Source of the DNA: Candidatus Babeliales bacterium
GTDB taxonomy: Bacteria > Babelota > Babeliae > Babelales > Vermiphilaceae
Length of the DNA stretch: 64,000 bases
Reading direction: 5' to 3'
Assembly: GCA_963743635.1 (NCBI GenBank)
Contig: CAVUQO010000003.1
Location: forward strand, 608,001-672,000
A model generated the notes under the pieces. That model was not told the origin of the DNA. It did no database searches and saw nothing but the letters and a program-made list of their open reading frames with translations. This document shows positions 27,695 to 38,995 of this stretch, piece by piece. The position numbers and the translations under genes were made by a program. Within the stretch, counting starts at the first letter, position 1; each line of letters opens with the position of its first letter.

Positions 27695-28174
27695 TTATTT
27701 GGTAGATTCGGCAGATCCTGTAACAGATGCTTTAACATTGTTCCAGATTGGCTTCAGATCTTTTTCAATAATATCCGTAGGTCGCATATTGTCGACAATC
27801 ACAGGGGCAATATATGCAGCCGTTTTAAGCGCCACTAGGCCTGCTAATGTAACCATCAGACCGCCACCAAAACGCTTTATCGGTTCACGACCACTCAGTG
27901 AACAGGCCCCACCACCTACCCACGATGTCATAGCCCATGTAAATGCTCTATCGGTATGCGCCGTTTTTTCCTCATATGTCTTTTGCGGTTTATCCATTTC
28001 CGTTACGTGGTGATTCACAAGTATTCCACAGCCAAGACCAGTCGCGATGCCAGCCGCATGTGCTGGGGTGATTTTAGAAGCAAATGTTTTTATTGCTGCA
28101 GCTGGATTTGCTTGAAGTTGTAAAGTTCCAACAGTCAGCGCAAGCGCTATAGATTTAATCATTCGTGTATTCAT
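27695..28174 (-). CDS. Hypothetical secreted/membrane protein
   Basis: AAAGGA RBS, signal peptide, Gly/Ala-rich hydrophobic helices. Confidence 0.65.
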   Translation of the reverse strand: MNTRMIKSIALALTVGTLQLQANPAAAIKTFASKITPAHAAGIATGLGCGILVNHHVTEMDKPQKTYEEKTAHTDRAFTWAMTSWVGGGACSLSGREPIKRFGGGLMVTLAGLVALKTAAYIAPVIVDNMRPTDIIEKDLKPIWNNVKASVTGSAESTK

Positions 28175-28228
28175 GATGTCCTTTCAGTTTTTTGGTTAGT
28201 GTGATCGTATAGCATAGATTTTCATAGC

Positions 28229-28348
28229 AGAAGTATGTCAGAAATCGTTGTTTTGACAATAGTGGGTTCCAGGATGCGGGTCAGCAATAGTTGGGAAAAA
28301 GGGACATTAAAAAAGCCGCTTGAGCTTTAGGGGCGCAAACGGCTTTTT
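28229..28348. repeat. Terminator plus palindromic promoter-like module, copy 2
   Basis: Shares AAATCGTTGTTTTG.CAATAGTGGGTTCCAGGATG and AAAAGCCGCTTGAGCTT.AGGGGCGCAAACGGCTTTT with copy 1. Confidence 0.75.
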
Positions 28349-28368
28349 AAGATTTCGGCGACGGCGGA

Positions 28369-29088
28369 TTATTTATTGCCAATAAGCATCTTGCGATCGA
28401 TTGTTGCATCCTGAGCCATCTGATGATATTTGGCCTTCATAGAGGCAGGGATCATAGAAAATTTAGATCCAATCTTTGCCCAAAGTACCTTTCGTTCAGT
28501 CGCTTCTCTCTCTGCTTGCGTGGGTTCTGTGGGCGTATCTTTGGGAGATTCGCAGGCTATTACGTTGCTCTGAGTTGTTGCTTCAAACAAACCCTGTCTA
28601 AGTGCAGGTTTTATATTTTTATTCCATGCATTGTTGAACGCAGGCTTGAGTTCATTGTCCCATGCCTGTGCAGCAGGGATAGAGAGATAGTTATAGCCAA
28701 TGAGGACTGCTGGGAAGAGCAATATGGTGCGTCCGCCAATGCGTAAGGTTTGCATAAAGAGATCGGTAGCGCGCGATACGAAATGAATTGTTGAGTTTGT
28801 TGAAGGGGGGATTGAAGCTTTAAGGGCATCGTTGTGAAGAGTTCCGTAGAGACCCATCGTTTTAAGCGCTGCAGCACCACCAAAAAGGAGAGCGCCTTGT
28901 TCAGCGGCAATAGCGTATTCTTTGTGTTTGACACTGTTCGTAATGTCATTAACGCCAGCTTGGGCGATCGCAGCACCACCAGCTATCGCGAGGCCTTTAG
29001 CCACGGGTAGGGTAGGAAGCGCGCTGATGCTCAGCGTAAAACAGCCAAAAGTGGCCAATAAAGTCATGATAAATTGTTTGATATTCAT
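28369..29088 (-). CDS. Hypothetical secreted/membrane protein, possibly a distant paralogue of 27695..28174
   Basis: Signal peptide, Ala/Gly-rich helices, LKPAFNN vs LKPIWNN. Confidence 0.6.
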   Translation of the reverse strand: MNIKQFIMTLLATFGCFTLSISALPTLPVAKGLAIAGGAAIAQAGVNDITNSVKHKEYAIAAEQGALLFGGAAALKTMGLYGTLHNDALKASIPPSTNSTIHFVSRATDLFMQTLRIGGRTILLFPAVLIGYNYLSIPAAQAWDNELKPAFNNAWNKNIKPALRQGLFEATTQSNVIACESPKDTPTEPTQAEREATERKVLWAKIGSKFSMIPASMKAKYHQMAQDATIDRKMLIGNK

Positions 29089-29236
29089 AATTGTGTCCCT
29101 AAAATATAAGTTTTTAAAACATAGTTATTACTATAAATCTTATCATATAAGGATTTTTTGGGCAAAAGGTGGGGCGATTTAGGCTCTGGGAGCGGGTGGG
29201 GGGGTAGCATGTGGATGAAAGATAGGTATTGGAATA

Positions 29237-29349
29237 CCAGTCTACGCTAATACTCCGAAGTTTTACCTCAGGAAGTGTTTTGCTTCGTCGGGTTCTTCTA
29301 TTCGCTTTCATCGCAAGTTAAAACATATGGATGAAAGCGAATAGAAGAA
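29237..29349 (+). repeat. Repeat family B with perfect 20-bp hairpin
   Basis: CCAG..GCTTCGTCGGG, then TTCTTCTATTCGCTTTCATC / GATGAAAGCGAATAGAAGAA. Confidence 0.7.
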
Positions 29350-29350
29350 A

Positions 29351-29382
29351 AAAAGGGCCTTGGTTTAATGCCAAGGCCCCTT
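29351..29382 (-). terminator. Intrinsic terminator
   Basis: GGGCCTTGG / CCAAGGCCC stem with T-run on the minus strand. Confidence 0.75.
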
Positions 29383-29403
29383 GAGATATCTTGATGAAAT
29401 GTC

Positions 29404-29856
29404 TTAGTACTCGTCGATCTCTTCTTCAGAGTGGTGTGCATGGCCACAATCACAGCTGTGGGAATGTTTGATTCTTCTGAAGCGAGTGAATTTATTTAAT
29501 TTTTCAGGTGTTACCATCGGTTCAACCGATATGTCTCCCTTTTCAATATCTTCAGGTTTTGCATTTAACATTTTCATTGAAATTGCAACATTTTTAGCCG
29601 CTTCATCCTTCGACTGGGAATGTTCGTATATAGATCGAATGCAATCTTTCGTATTATGATCTCTGCGTTTACAGAGAATTAGAATAAAACGGTCTACATC
29701 GTTGCGTCTTTTTTGTGACTCCTGCAGAACTACCTGAGTCGGCACTCCGCGTTTTTCGGCTTCGGGTGCTGCCATTAGTTCTCGCCAAGCATCGAGTATG
29801 TTCGCATGCGCAGGCAATGCGGTAATGGTCAGGAATAATAGTAGATATTGTTTCAT
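29404..29856 (-). CDS. Hypothetical secreted protein with His/Cys-rich C-terminus
   Basis: Signal peptide (AHA), tail HSHSCDCGHAHHSEEE. Confidence 0.65.
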   Translation of the reverse strand: MKQYLLLFLTITALPAHANILDAWRELMAAPEAEKRGVPTQVVLQESQKRRNDVDRFILILCKRRDHNTKDCIRSIYEHSQSKDEAAKNVAISMKMLNAKPEDIEKGDISVEPMVTPEKLNKFTRFRRIKHSHSCDCGHAHHSEEEIDEY

Positions 29857-29954
29857 GATGTCCCTTAATAGTTATTGGATTTATACTACACATTATAATA
29901 ATCGACAAAGCTATTGCTGTAAATGCGTTTATCGTTTATTGTTGATTATTTTGT

Positions 29955-31611
29955 TTACATTTTCTCAGGTTTGCTGATGCCTAGTAGGTCAAACGTGGTT
30001 GCAAAGGTGTCTCGCAGGAGCATGATCAAAAGCAGGCGTGAGCGGCTTTGCGGGATGTTCTCCAGATCAATCACACGATTATGGGTGTAATATTTATGGA
30101 ATAACGGTTGCAAGCTCGATGCTATAGTTTGCCAGCAAATGCGTCTGCATATTGGTGCTGATATTATTAAGTAAATTCTTGAGTGACACGATCTTTTTAA
30201 TGAGCAATGCTTCATTGATGCCGATGTGGCTCGTATCTGCATCAGTGATGTTTGCAAATGCTGCTACTTCTTGCGCTTTTTCAAGAATGCTGTGCGTTCT
30301 GACGTATGCATATTGTATGTAATAAACCGGATTTTCGTCAGTCTTTTTCATCGCAAGATCAAGATCGAATTCAAGCTGTGCATCGGCTTTTCGGTTGAGA
30401 TAGAAAAAGCGAGAAACATCTTTGCCGACCGTTTCAATAACGTCTTTGAGTGTGACGATATTTGATGCACGTTTTGACATACGCATTTGCTCGCCCTGAA
30501 CCTTCATCTTAACGAGCTGATAGAGAATGACGTTCAGTCGCGGATTGGAGGGCAGTTCGAGTGCTTGCAGAATCGTTTGTAAGCGGACTGCATAGCTATG
30601 ATGATCGTGTCCTAAAATGATGACCAAGCGATCAAAGCCGCGCTCTACTTTATTCTTAAGATAGGCGATATCGGCGGCAGCATAGGTCAGTTCACCGGAT
30701 GACTTTTTTACCACACGATCTTTATCATCACCAAATTCGGTTGATTTGAACCAGGTCGCATCATCTTTTTCGTAGAGATATCCCTTTTGCTCAAGAAGCT
30801 CGAGTGCGCTTGCAATGGCGCCATTGGCATGCAGATGCCGTTCAGAGAACCAGACATCAAATTCAATGCCATACTCTTTGAGGGTTTCTTGGATCATGGC
30901 AAGAATTTTATCCTTCGCGTATTCAGCGAAAAATTCGTCAGGCTTATCAAGAAAATCGGTGCCATGCTCGGTAACACAGTCGCGTGCAATATCGACCAAA
31001 TAGGAGCCATGGTATCCTTCTTCTGGCATAGCTACGTCATGACCAGTTGCTTGTAGATAGCGCGTCTTGAAAGATATGCCTAATTTTTTGATTTGAGAGC
31101 CCGCATCATTGATGTAGAACTCTTTAGTAGCCTTATGGCCGATAAATTTTAATACATTCGCAAGAACGTCCCCGATAATGCCGCCGCGGCCATTGCCCAG
31201 GTGAAGGGGACCAGTTGGGTTAGCGCTGACAAATTCTAGGGAATAGTTATGTTTGCGTTCACTTGGATTGAGTTTGAAAAAGGTCTCTTTTGCAATGAAA
31301 AGATCGATGCAAAGATCGTGCAAAGCTTGGCGTGTGAGGGTAAAGTTTAAAAAGCCCGGCCCTGCAGGTTCGATGGCACTGATATAGCTGTGTTTGAAGT
31401 TAGACGCAATGCTCTGAGCGACTTCGCGCGGATTGCGTTGCAGCTGTTTTGCCAGGATCAGTGCAGCATTGCTGTTTAAATCCCCGAAATTTTGTTTGCC
31501 TTCATCGATATTGAGGCTGAAATCGCAGGATGCGAGCAGCTGCGGATCTACGTTGAAGGTGGTTTCTAAATAACTAGTAAACGCCTGCTGAATGGTTTCT
31601 ATTACGTTCAT
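29955..31611 (-). CDS. argS: Arginine--tRNA ligase (frameshift near 30100)
   Basis: GPGFLNF, FVSANPTGPLHLGNGR, FGDDKDR, MSKR, YYIQYAYVR, LLGISKPEKM. Confidence 0.95.
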
Positions 31612-31629
31612 GCGGACCTTTGGTAATGG

Positions 31630-31745
31630 TTGTTCTCTTTCACAAAAGGCCATACTCATTAACACATGGGTATAGGTGAAGAGAATAACCCGACGAAGCA
31701 AAATACTTCGTGGAGTTAACACTTCGAAGTAAAAGCGAAGCCTGG
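31630..31745 (-). repeat. Repeat family B copy upstream of argS
   Basis: Reverse complement CCAGGCTTCGCT..TTTTGCTTCGTCGGGTT closely matches 29237-29294, followed by an imperfect hairpin. Confidence 0.7.
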
Positions 31746-31894
31746 GGTTTCTTGGTTCATAAAATGCTTCATTATGGTACTATAAACCGTACTATTTGTC
31801 ATCTTTTGGTTTAGGGCCTTGGATGTGGAGGATTAGGATAAATTGTGCTATACTATCCATAGATTAAATCCCTAACCTTCCTTTAAGATGACCT

Positions 31895-33018
31895 ATGAAT
31901 ATAGCAGTACTCCTTTCGGGTGGCGTTGATAGCTCTGTTGCATTGCGTTTATTGCATGAACAGGGGCATTCCGTAACCGCCTTTTATCTGAAGATCTGGC
32001 TCGAAGATGAGCTGGCATTTCTTGGTGATTGTCCCTGGGACGATGACCTTCGCTACGCCCGTGCGGTGTGTGAGCAGATAGGGGTTGAATTGAAGGTAGT
32101 TTCTCTTCAAAAAGAGTATTGGGATTACGTTGTATCCTACGTGATTGATGAAGTGAAAGCGGGGCCGCACTCCAAATCCGGACGTCTTTTGCAATAAACA
32201 GATTAAATTCGGCATGTTTTTAGATTATCTCAACCGTGAACATGCGGGTGAGTTTGATAAGATTGCAAGCGGCCATTATGCGCACGTCGTGCATGAAGGA
32301 AATGTGGCACGTCTCAAGCAAGCGCCAGATCCGATCAAAGATCAGACCTATTTCTTATCCTATCTTGATCAAGAACAGTTACAAAAATTAGTATTTCCCA
32401 TCGGGCATTTAGATAAGTATGCAGTGCGCGCGCTCGCGCAGCAATTTGATCTGCCTAATAAAGATCGCAAAGATAGCCAAGGAATTTGCTTTTTGGGTAA
32501 ACTGAAGTTCAGTGATTTTATTAAACAATATCTTGGTGAAAAAAAAGGCGAAATGATCGAAGTTGAAACGGGTGAAGTTCAGGGACTTCATAATGGATTT
32601 TGGTTTTACACGATCGGACAACGCCAAGGGCTTGGCTTAGGCGGTGGTCCATGGTACGTAGTCGCAAAAGATATTCGGAAGAATGTTGTCTATATTTCGC
32701 GCAATTATCATGCAGATGATAAGATTCGCGATACCTTTATAGTCCATCAATATGCATTGGATTAGTGGCATCGCTCCTTTAAAGTCAGCGCTTGACGTAA
32801 AATTGCGTCATGGCGCGCATAAACATGCATGTACCATTACCTCGACCGATGATGGTCGCATGCTCGTGCAATTGACATCTCGCGATCAAGGAATTGCGGC
32901 GGGACAATTTGCCGTATTTTATGACGGTGATGAGTGTCTTGGTGCCGGCATTATCGAACAGGCATTTGATCAACTTCCGCAGCATCTTGATGGAGCAGTG
33001 TTACCAGGAAAGTCTTGA
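31895..33018 (+). CDS. mnmA: tRNA-specific 2-thiouridylase (two frameshifts)
   Basis: SGGVDS, G.TPNPDVFCN (restored by removing one G near 32161), SGHYA, KDQTYFL, DSQGICF, GQFAVFY. Confidence 0.93.
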
Positions 33019-33626
33019 AAAAGATGAAAAAAATAACGTGGCAAAGCATATCCCGTATTCCACTCCATGAACGGCGTCTAACGTTTTCCACGATGATTAC
33101 TATGATGCGCATTATTCTTGCGCCATGCGTAGTAATTGCAATGCTGCACGGTACGTGGGGCAGAGCATGTATCCTCTTTTTGATTGCATCGATTACCGAT
33201 TTTCTTGACGGTAACATAGCGCGCTTACTCAATGAGCAAACCTTTTTGGGCGCTTGTCTTGATCCGATTGCGGATAAAATATTACTCCTTCCTTGTTTTA
33301 TGACGTTGGCATTTATTAAAACGCCACTCTTTAGCATACCGCTCTGGTTTGTATCGGTGGTGCTTGTGCGCGAATTAATTGTGTTGGTCGGCGCATTAAT
33401 GATTTATATTTTTAAAGGCGACGTAGTTATTAAACCGACGTTACTGAGCAAGTTGACCACCATGATGCAAATGATTTTTATTGCCTGGTTATTTGCTTGT
33501 TATTTTATGCATTGGGTTCCGCAGCGCACGTATGATGCAATGCTCGGTTTGCTCTTGCTGTTAGTTATTGGTTCATTGATGCAGTATGTTTACATTGGCA
33601 TTCGTCAATTACGGGAGAATGTATGA
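33015..33626 (+). CDS. pgsA: CDP-alcohol phosphatidyltransferase (PgsA-like)
   Basis: TDFLDGNIAR..GACLDPIADK motif. Confidence 0.8.
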   Translation: MKKMKKITWQSISRIPLHERRLTFSTMITMMRIILAPCVVIAMLHGTWGRACILFLIASITDFLDGNIARLLNEQTFLGACLDPIADKILLLPCFMTLAFIKTPLFSIPLWFVSVVLVRELIVLVGALMIYIFKGDVVIKPTLLSKLTTMMQMIFIAWLFACYFMHWVPQRTYDAMLGLLLLLVIGSLMQYVYIGIRQLRENV

Positions 33627-33994
33627 AGATTTCACGAACACATCTTTTTGCAAGTTTGTTATTAGTGCCGTGTGTATTGATGTTGGCAACGCCTTTTGCA
33701 TCTGCACCAAAAGCTAAAGGTCAGTCAGCATCAAAATTAAAAGAACAATGCGCGCAGGAGCTCGGTGAGCAGCTCAAGCGATTTGGACGCATTATGCAGC
33801 AGATGGGCGCGGTGCAAGATCAAGTGCTTGAGCATACGTATGCCGTGCTTGAAAATGATAAAGATCATGCATTGTATCAGAAAAATGCTGCAGAGTTGCA
33901 AGTGTGTTGCGCTACGATGCGCGAGTTCAATGAATCATTGCAAAAGATTGAAGAACAATTGCGCGCATACAATCTCTTTTTGGAGCGGCTGTAA
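33623..33994 (+). CDS. Hypothetical secreted helical protein
   Basis: ATGA-coupled, signal peptide, GGGAG RBS. Confidence 0.65.
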   Translation: MKISRTHLFASLLLVPCVLMLATPFASAPKAKGQSASKLKEQCAQELGEQLKRFGRIMQQMGAVQDQVLEHTYAVLENDKDHALYQKNAAELQVCCATMREFNESLQKIEEQLRAYNLFLERL

Positions 33995-34004
33995 ACAAAT
34001 AATT

Positions 34005-34307
34005 ATGCAAGATTTTTACGTATACATTCTTCTTTGTAGTGATGGTTCCTTTTATATAGGACATACGGATGATATGGAAGCACGATTATCCGCGCATGAG
34101 CAGAGACTTTTTCCTCGTTGCTATACTGCAAAACGTTTACCTGTTAAATTAGTATTTGTAGAACCTGCTGCTAGTCGCTACGAGGCATTAGCGGCTGAAA
34201 GACAAATGAAAAACTGGAGTCGTTTAAAAAAACAAGCGCTCATTGATGGTGATTCGGAATTGCTTAGAAAATTAGCAAAAAGACGAACGCCTTCTACTAA
34301 AAGCTAA
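34005..34307 (+). CDS. Small GIY-YIG nuclease (UPF0213-like)
   Basis: FYVYILLCSDGSFYIGHT..RL..H..YT..AERQMKNWSR; start MQDFY at 34005. Confidence 0.88.
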   Translation: MQDFYVYILLCSDGSFYIGHTDDMEARLSAHEQRLFPRCYTAKRLPVKLVFVEPAASRYEALAAERQMKNWSRLKKQALIDGDSELLRKLAKRRTPSTKS

Positions 34308-34348
34308 TATCATTAGTAAGAAATTATGTGTACATACTTTAGTTTGCA

Positions 34349-34552
34349 CCCCTCGCTATTTTTCCTCCCTACGGTCGTAAAAAACCTCTGGGCGAACGGT
34401 GAGAGGGCAATGTTTTATGAGTATTGTGGTTGGAAGAAATGAGCGAGAATGTATTGCTCTTCGCATAATGTATTATCATGTTAATAACAAATGATATCCA
34501 TTCCCGTTCGCCCAGAGGTTTTTTCGACCATAGGGAGAAAAATAGCGAGGGG
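34349..34552. repeat. REP-like family A inverted doublet (34349-34399 / 34503-34552)
   Basis: About 50-bp near-perfect inverted pair ending CTCTGGGCGAACGG, with an AT-rich spacer. Confidence 0.8.
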
Positions 34553-34718
34553 TTAGGGAATAAATAATGATGCATTTACATTTTTTTTCTCCAGCGATTA
34601 CCCCTGTCTAATAATGTTATTATGCACAAACATGCAGTTGCTTTTTGTTTTTGCATCAGGTACTTTCATATTATTCAAATGATTTTTTTACTTATACAAT
34701 GCCTAAAGGATAAATATT

Positions 34719-35258
34719 ATGGCTGGGTACAACCGTGTGGTTCTCGTTGGTAATTTAACCCGTGATCCTGAATTCAAACAACTCACATCAGGACAAGGCG
34801 TATGCCGACTTGGTCTTGCAACAAACAGACAATTTAAAAATCGTCAAACTGGCGCTATGGTACAAGAAGTATGCTTTATCGACATTGACGTCTGGGGTCC
34901 ACAAGCAGAAAGCTGTAAGCAATATTTGCAAAAAGGCCGCTCAGTTCTTATCGAAGGACGTCTAAAGCTTGATAGTTGGCAAGATACCAATGGTCAAAAT
35001 CGCAGCAAACATTCAATTGTAGCTGATCGTGTAGTTTTCTTGACCGCAGCTGAAGGCGGTTCTGAGTCATTCGACCAAGCTGGCCGCGAGAGCTCTGAAC
35101 CAACTTCTGAACTGGAACAAGGTTTACTTGACCAAATAAGTCAGGTCAAAAAACGTACAACGGCTCCTAAGGCTGCAGCTCCAAGAAGAGCAGCAGCTCC
35201 ATCGGGCGAAATCTCCTTCAAGGACGAACCCCCGTTTGAGGACGAATTACCGTTTTGA
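34719..35258 (+). CDS. ssb: Single-stranded DNA-binding protein
   Basis: NRVVLVGNLTRDPE, KG..V.IEGRL, C-terminal DELPF. Confidence 0.96.
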   Translation: MAGYNRVVLVGNLTRDPEFKQLTSGQGVCRLGLATNRQFKNRQTGAMVQEVCFIDIDVWGPQAESCKQYLQKGRSVLIEGRLKLDSWQDTNGQNRSKHSIVADRVVFLTAAEGGSESFDQAGRESSEPTSELEQGLLDQISQVKKRTTAPKAAAPRRAAAPSGEISFKDEPPFEDELPF

Positions 35259-35287
35259 TTCTATTCGTACGGGAATAAAATACTAAA

Positions 35288-35322
35288 AAAAGGGCGCCTT
35301 CTCATGTAGAAGTCGCCCTTTT
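35288..35322 (+). terminator. Intrinsic terminator after ssb
   Basis: AAAAGGGCG..CTTCT / AGAAG..CGCCCTTTT. Confidence 0.75.
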
Positions 35323-35479
35323 CTGTTTCATATAGAATCTCTTATTATCTATTAATTAAACTCATTATTTATAAGCTTTTAACTTGTTCATTGACAAATT
35401 GAATCGATATTTGCCATGCTGGGAGTAGAAAAGTTGAATAGGTGGGGTTAAAAAGGAAGATATTAAAACGAGAGGTCGA

Positions 35480-35950
35480 ATGATGAAGATAGGAAGAACG
35501 TCAATACGCATGCTAGGCGCTTTTCTAGCGCTGGCGCTACTAGGTTTAGATACCCATGTTGGCGCTCAAGAGGATCAGATGAAACTCTCATTCGATAGTA
35601 TATTCCCTGCTACTCCCTACAAAGAAGCCCTTGGCTCTTGCATGCAGGTATTGGGTTACTTGGATCAGTTGTGCCATGAGCATCAACGCGGCGAAGAAAT
35701 GGCCTTTTGTCTCGTGCATGATGCATTTTTAGGCAAAGTGGTCTCAGCCCAGCATAAAATTGCCAATCTTTTGGCTAATATACAGACGGGTGCTATCGTG
35801 GCTGATGATAATGTGCACTATTTGAGTAATGTTTTAACTCATATTAATCAGTTATATCAGCAACATATTGATCAGAATCAGCGCAATACGCTTGCCATGA
35901 ACATGCTGCAAGAGATGGCACAGCAGGTATCGCGCCTCATTGAGCAGTAA
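35480..35950 (+). CDS. Hypothetical secreted protein
   Basis: GAGG RBS, signal peptide. Confidence 0.65.
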   Translation: MMKIGRTSIRMLGAFLALALLGLDTHVGAQEDQMKLSFDSIFPATPYKEALGSCMQVLGYLDQLCHEHQRGEEMAFCLVHDAFLGKVVSAQHKIANLLANIQTGAIVADDNVHYLSNVLTHINQLYQQHIDQNQRNTLAMNMLQEMAQQVSRLIEQ

Positions 35951-35951
35951 T

Positions 35952-38900
35952 CTATTCGAGTCCTATGACACCATTATTGGTGCCGGCCATGGTAATACCG
36001 GTCGCTCCAATGTCTTGCACCCAATTGAAAGATTGTACCGATTTGAGGGTAGGATCAAATGATATGTCTTGTTGTGGTTTTACCACATTCCAATCGATCG
36101 TATCAAATGGAAGCACCATCAATCTATTATGTGTTGGGCATGCGCAGCCTTGATTGAGCGGATTGATAATAAAGAAGCGGCGCGCGCCATCGGACCAGAA
36201 ATAGGTAATCGGGTAGAGTGCAGCAAAGCTTGGATCCATGTTCTCAATGCTATTGAAAAATGATGGTACAAACGTGAATGGGCCAGATTGCGTACCATTG
36301 AGCTGGTTAATGCTTCCCTTATTAAACAATTTTAATCCTTGTGGATCAATCAGATCAAATGGCCAGACCGTTGACTGCGGTGCAATGGGTATTGAGGTAT
36401 GCATACCGCCAATGCCGAGATATAAGTTGTTCCCGCCATCGCAGTGATTGGTATCCAGCTGCGGAGGTTTGCGTAACGCCAGTTTGTTGTATGCCGCCCG
36501 CAATTGATGATTGGAATAATCCTTGATTAGTTGCGAGTACGATTTGTTCGGTGCTTCCTGTGCTATTTGTTGAGATGATTTGCATACCAAGAAAACGAAC
36601 CGTTGCATAAAAAAATGTCGGAGCAGTTTTTGTTTGCGCAAGAATAGAAATATTTGTTGGATCAAACATCGCGCTGATGGTTGGTAGGAATGGAATTGCA
36701 TAAAGCGTGCCTTGTAATGGCGCATTGGTTGAGCTCACCGTCAATACATAAAGCATATTGCCAGTTGTTTTAATATCAACAATTGCGCCGGGAAGATTGG
36801 GCGCTAATTGCCAACTACCAGTTGTAAATGGCAATGTATTCAGATCGCCGAATGTTCTCACATCAAGCGCAGTACCTTGCGGGCCTGCAAATACGTAAAG
36901 TCCGTTTTGTGTGCCGGCATAAAAATAATTTAAATAAGGATTTGGTGTAGTGCTATCGCGACGTGCATATTCAAGTACGGTTACCGCGCCACATTCTGAT
37001 AATTTTGTAGTGACTAGATTTTCCGGCTGTGAGTAATCAGTGATAACTGTTTGCGGATCGAGTAACATTATTGCAATCGGACAATATACATCAAGACTTT
37101 GGCTTACTTGCGCAAATATCACGATATTAGTGCCGCCAAAAAGTGCATAGCGGCTGCAGGTGTTGCTAGCAAATCCGCGCGTTGATTGATCTAAATCAAG
37201 CACTGAATAACAACCCTTAGGGCATGGATTACTGCAGTTATTGCCGGGTAAATTTTTATTAAGTTGTGCAACGAGTGATACGGGTGACGTTCCTTTATCC
37301 CATTCAGTAATCGGCTACAATTGTTTCAGTAACGCCATCAACTGCCCATATTTCTCCAGTGCTTGCATCAACGTCAAAGAAAGATACTTGCGCGGAGATT
37401 ATTGGGAAATCCGGTATATGGGAATGATCGTTTTGTCCACGGAGTCCAGCGAAGAATTTTTCCCGTTTCATCAAACATTGCTTGTGAATAAAAAATGCCA
37501 ACTTCGTTAGTACGTTGATTGTGGAACGCCAGAAGATGCATAGACGGTATCGCCAATCACTACTAAATCAGAGAGTTGATTATCAGCATCAAAAGGGAAC
37601 GGGCCTGCCCCAACCAGGCCTGCTGGATCAGTATTAACAACAAGATCAGCATTGTTGATTGCGGGTACCGTAAATTTTCCATTGGTGAGAGACTATTTTT
37701 ATTAGCGAGTGTGCCTTGCGTCGGATTTTTTGGATCGCCAAGATCAACGAGCGGTAATGCGTATAGCATATTACCGGTCGTGATAGCGTATGCCATTGCC
37801 GCCATTAACAATTAAATAACTCGGTCCAGTGCTTGCATGAAGTATGCCGAGTTTATGCACTGAGAGATTTGCTTCAGGGCATGTCGGATAGATGCAATAT
37901 GGTTCTTTATGACATCCATATGGTTGGCAATAGGGCTCATGATCAGTGTAGCAATCTGGCTGGATAACAATCTGCGGGATAGCAGTATGGCGGAGGACAT
38001 ACTTCTGAGAAAATAACGCCAATAATATTGTTTTGCTGATTGACGTTAAATGCACCATTCGGAGCAATTGGAGCAACGGCGAGTGCTCCATATGCATTGA
38101 TAGTATATGCAACGGACACACTTCTGCCCCCACTATTGTGCATAGTGGTATCACTGGTTGCTAGGTCATAGCCGATATAAAGGCGCTGTAATTGATCATC
38201 CCAGAGCATTTGCGGATAGGGGGTAGGGGTTGTGTTTGGATTGATGTTAACGACACCTTCGATGAGTACGGCGGGAATTGTTGCATTGAAGGGTGCTGCT
38301 TTTATGCCGCTATCGCCAGAAACAGCAGCCACTTGCTGCAGCGCGAGCGTAGATTGATTGATTGATACAACGGCAATGCCGCTATTGGTAGCGCCGAATG
38401 TAGTTGATCCATTAGGTGCAACAGCAGCAAAAATAAATGCTTGATTTGCGGCAATATTTGTTATTGCACCCGTTGTAGTGCCTGGTTGATTGACGGCGCC
38501 ACTTGCATCATCGAGGGTGGTGCTCATAATGCCGGGGTTTGTGGAATTAGGCAGGTAGCCCGTGTTGGTCATGATGTTCACTTCTGTTTCGCTTCCTGAT
38601 TGCACGAAAGCGATATTAGGATTTGGATTTCCGTAGCTCGTTGAAAGAGTGAGTAGAGGAACATAACTCGTTATGGTTGTCGGCGCAATGGGTTGAAACG
38701 TCGGAATTGTTGCACCAAAGCTACGATTTGCTTTTGCTATGAAATAAGAAAATGTTGTAGCTTGGCCAGTCGGCGCTTTTGTAGCAACAATAAAATATGA
38801 AGAAGGATCGTCATACACTTTTGCGATGACCGCAGATGAGAAGGTGAGGCTATTGCCAGCTGCAGTGCCATCTCCTTGCGCGATAACGGTTGTATGGGTT

Positions 38901-38962
38901 ATATGAGTGTTCGTGATGAGAAACAGGGCGCACAGGGCGACCAGTAGAGTGTTGCATTTCAT
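35952..38962 (-). CDS. Large (~1000 aa) secreted beta-rich surface protein, fragmented by frameshifts
   Basis: Signal peptide at 38962; successive Thr/Gly/Asn-rich minus-strand fragments of similar composition. Confidence 0.55.
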
Positions 38963-38995
38963 TACGTTCCTTTTTTAATTTTTATAATTCTTTTT

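Noticed and set aside
25614..33018. Programmed frameshifting or true pseudogenes in frr, pyrH, argS and mnmA
   Set aside because: The indels are scattered with no common slippery motif, in essential genes; assembly error is more parsimonious.
33765..34004. N-terminal extension of the GIY-YIG ORF
   Set aside because: It is an alternate frame of the upstream gene; homology begins at MQDFY (34005).
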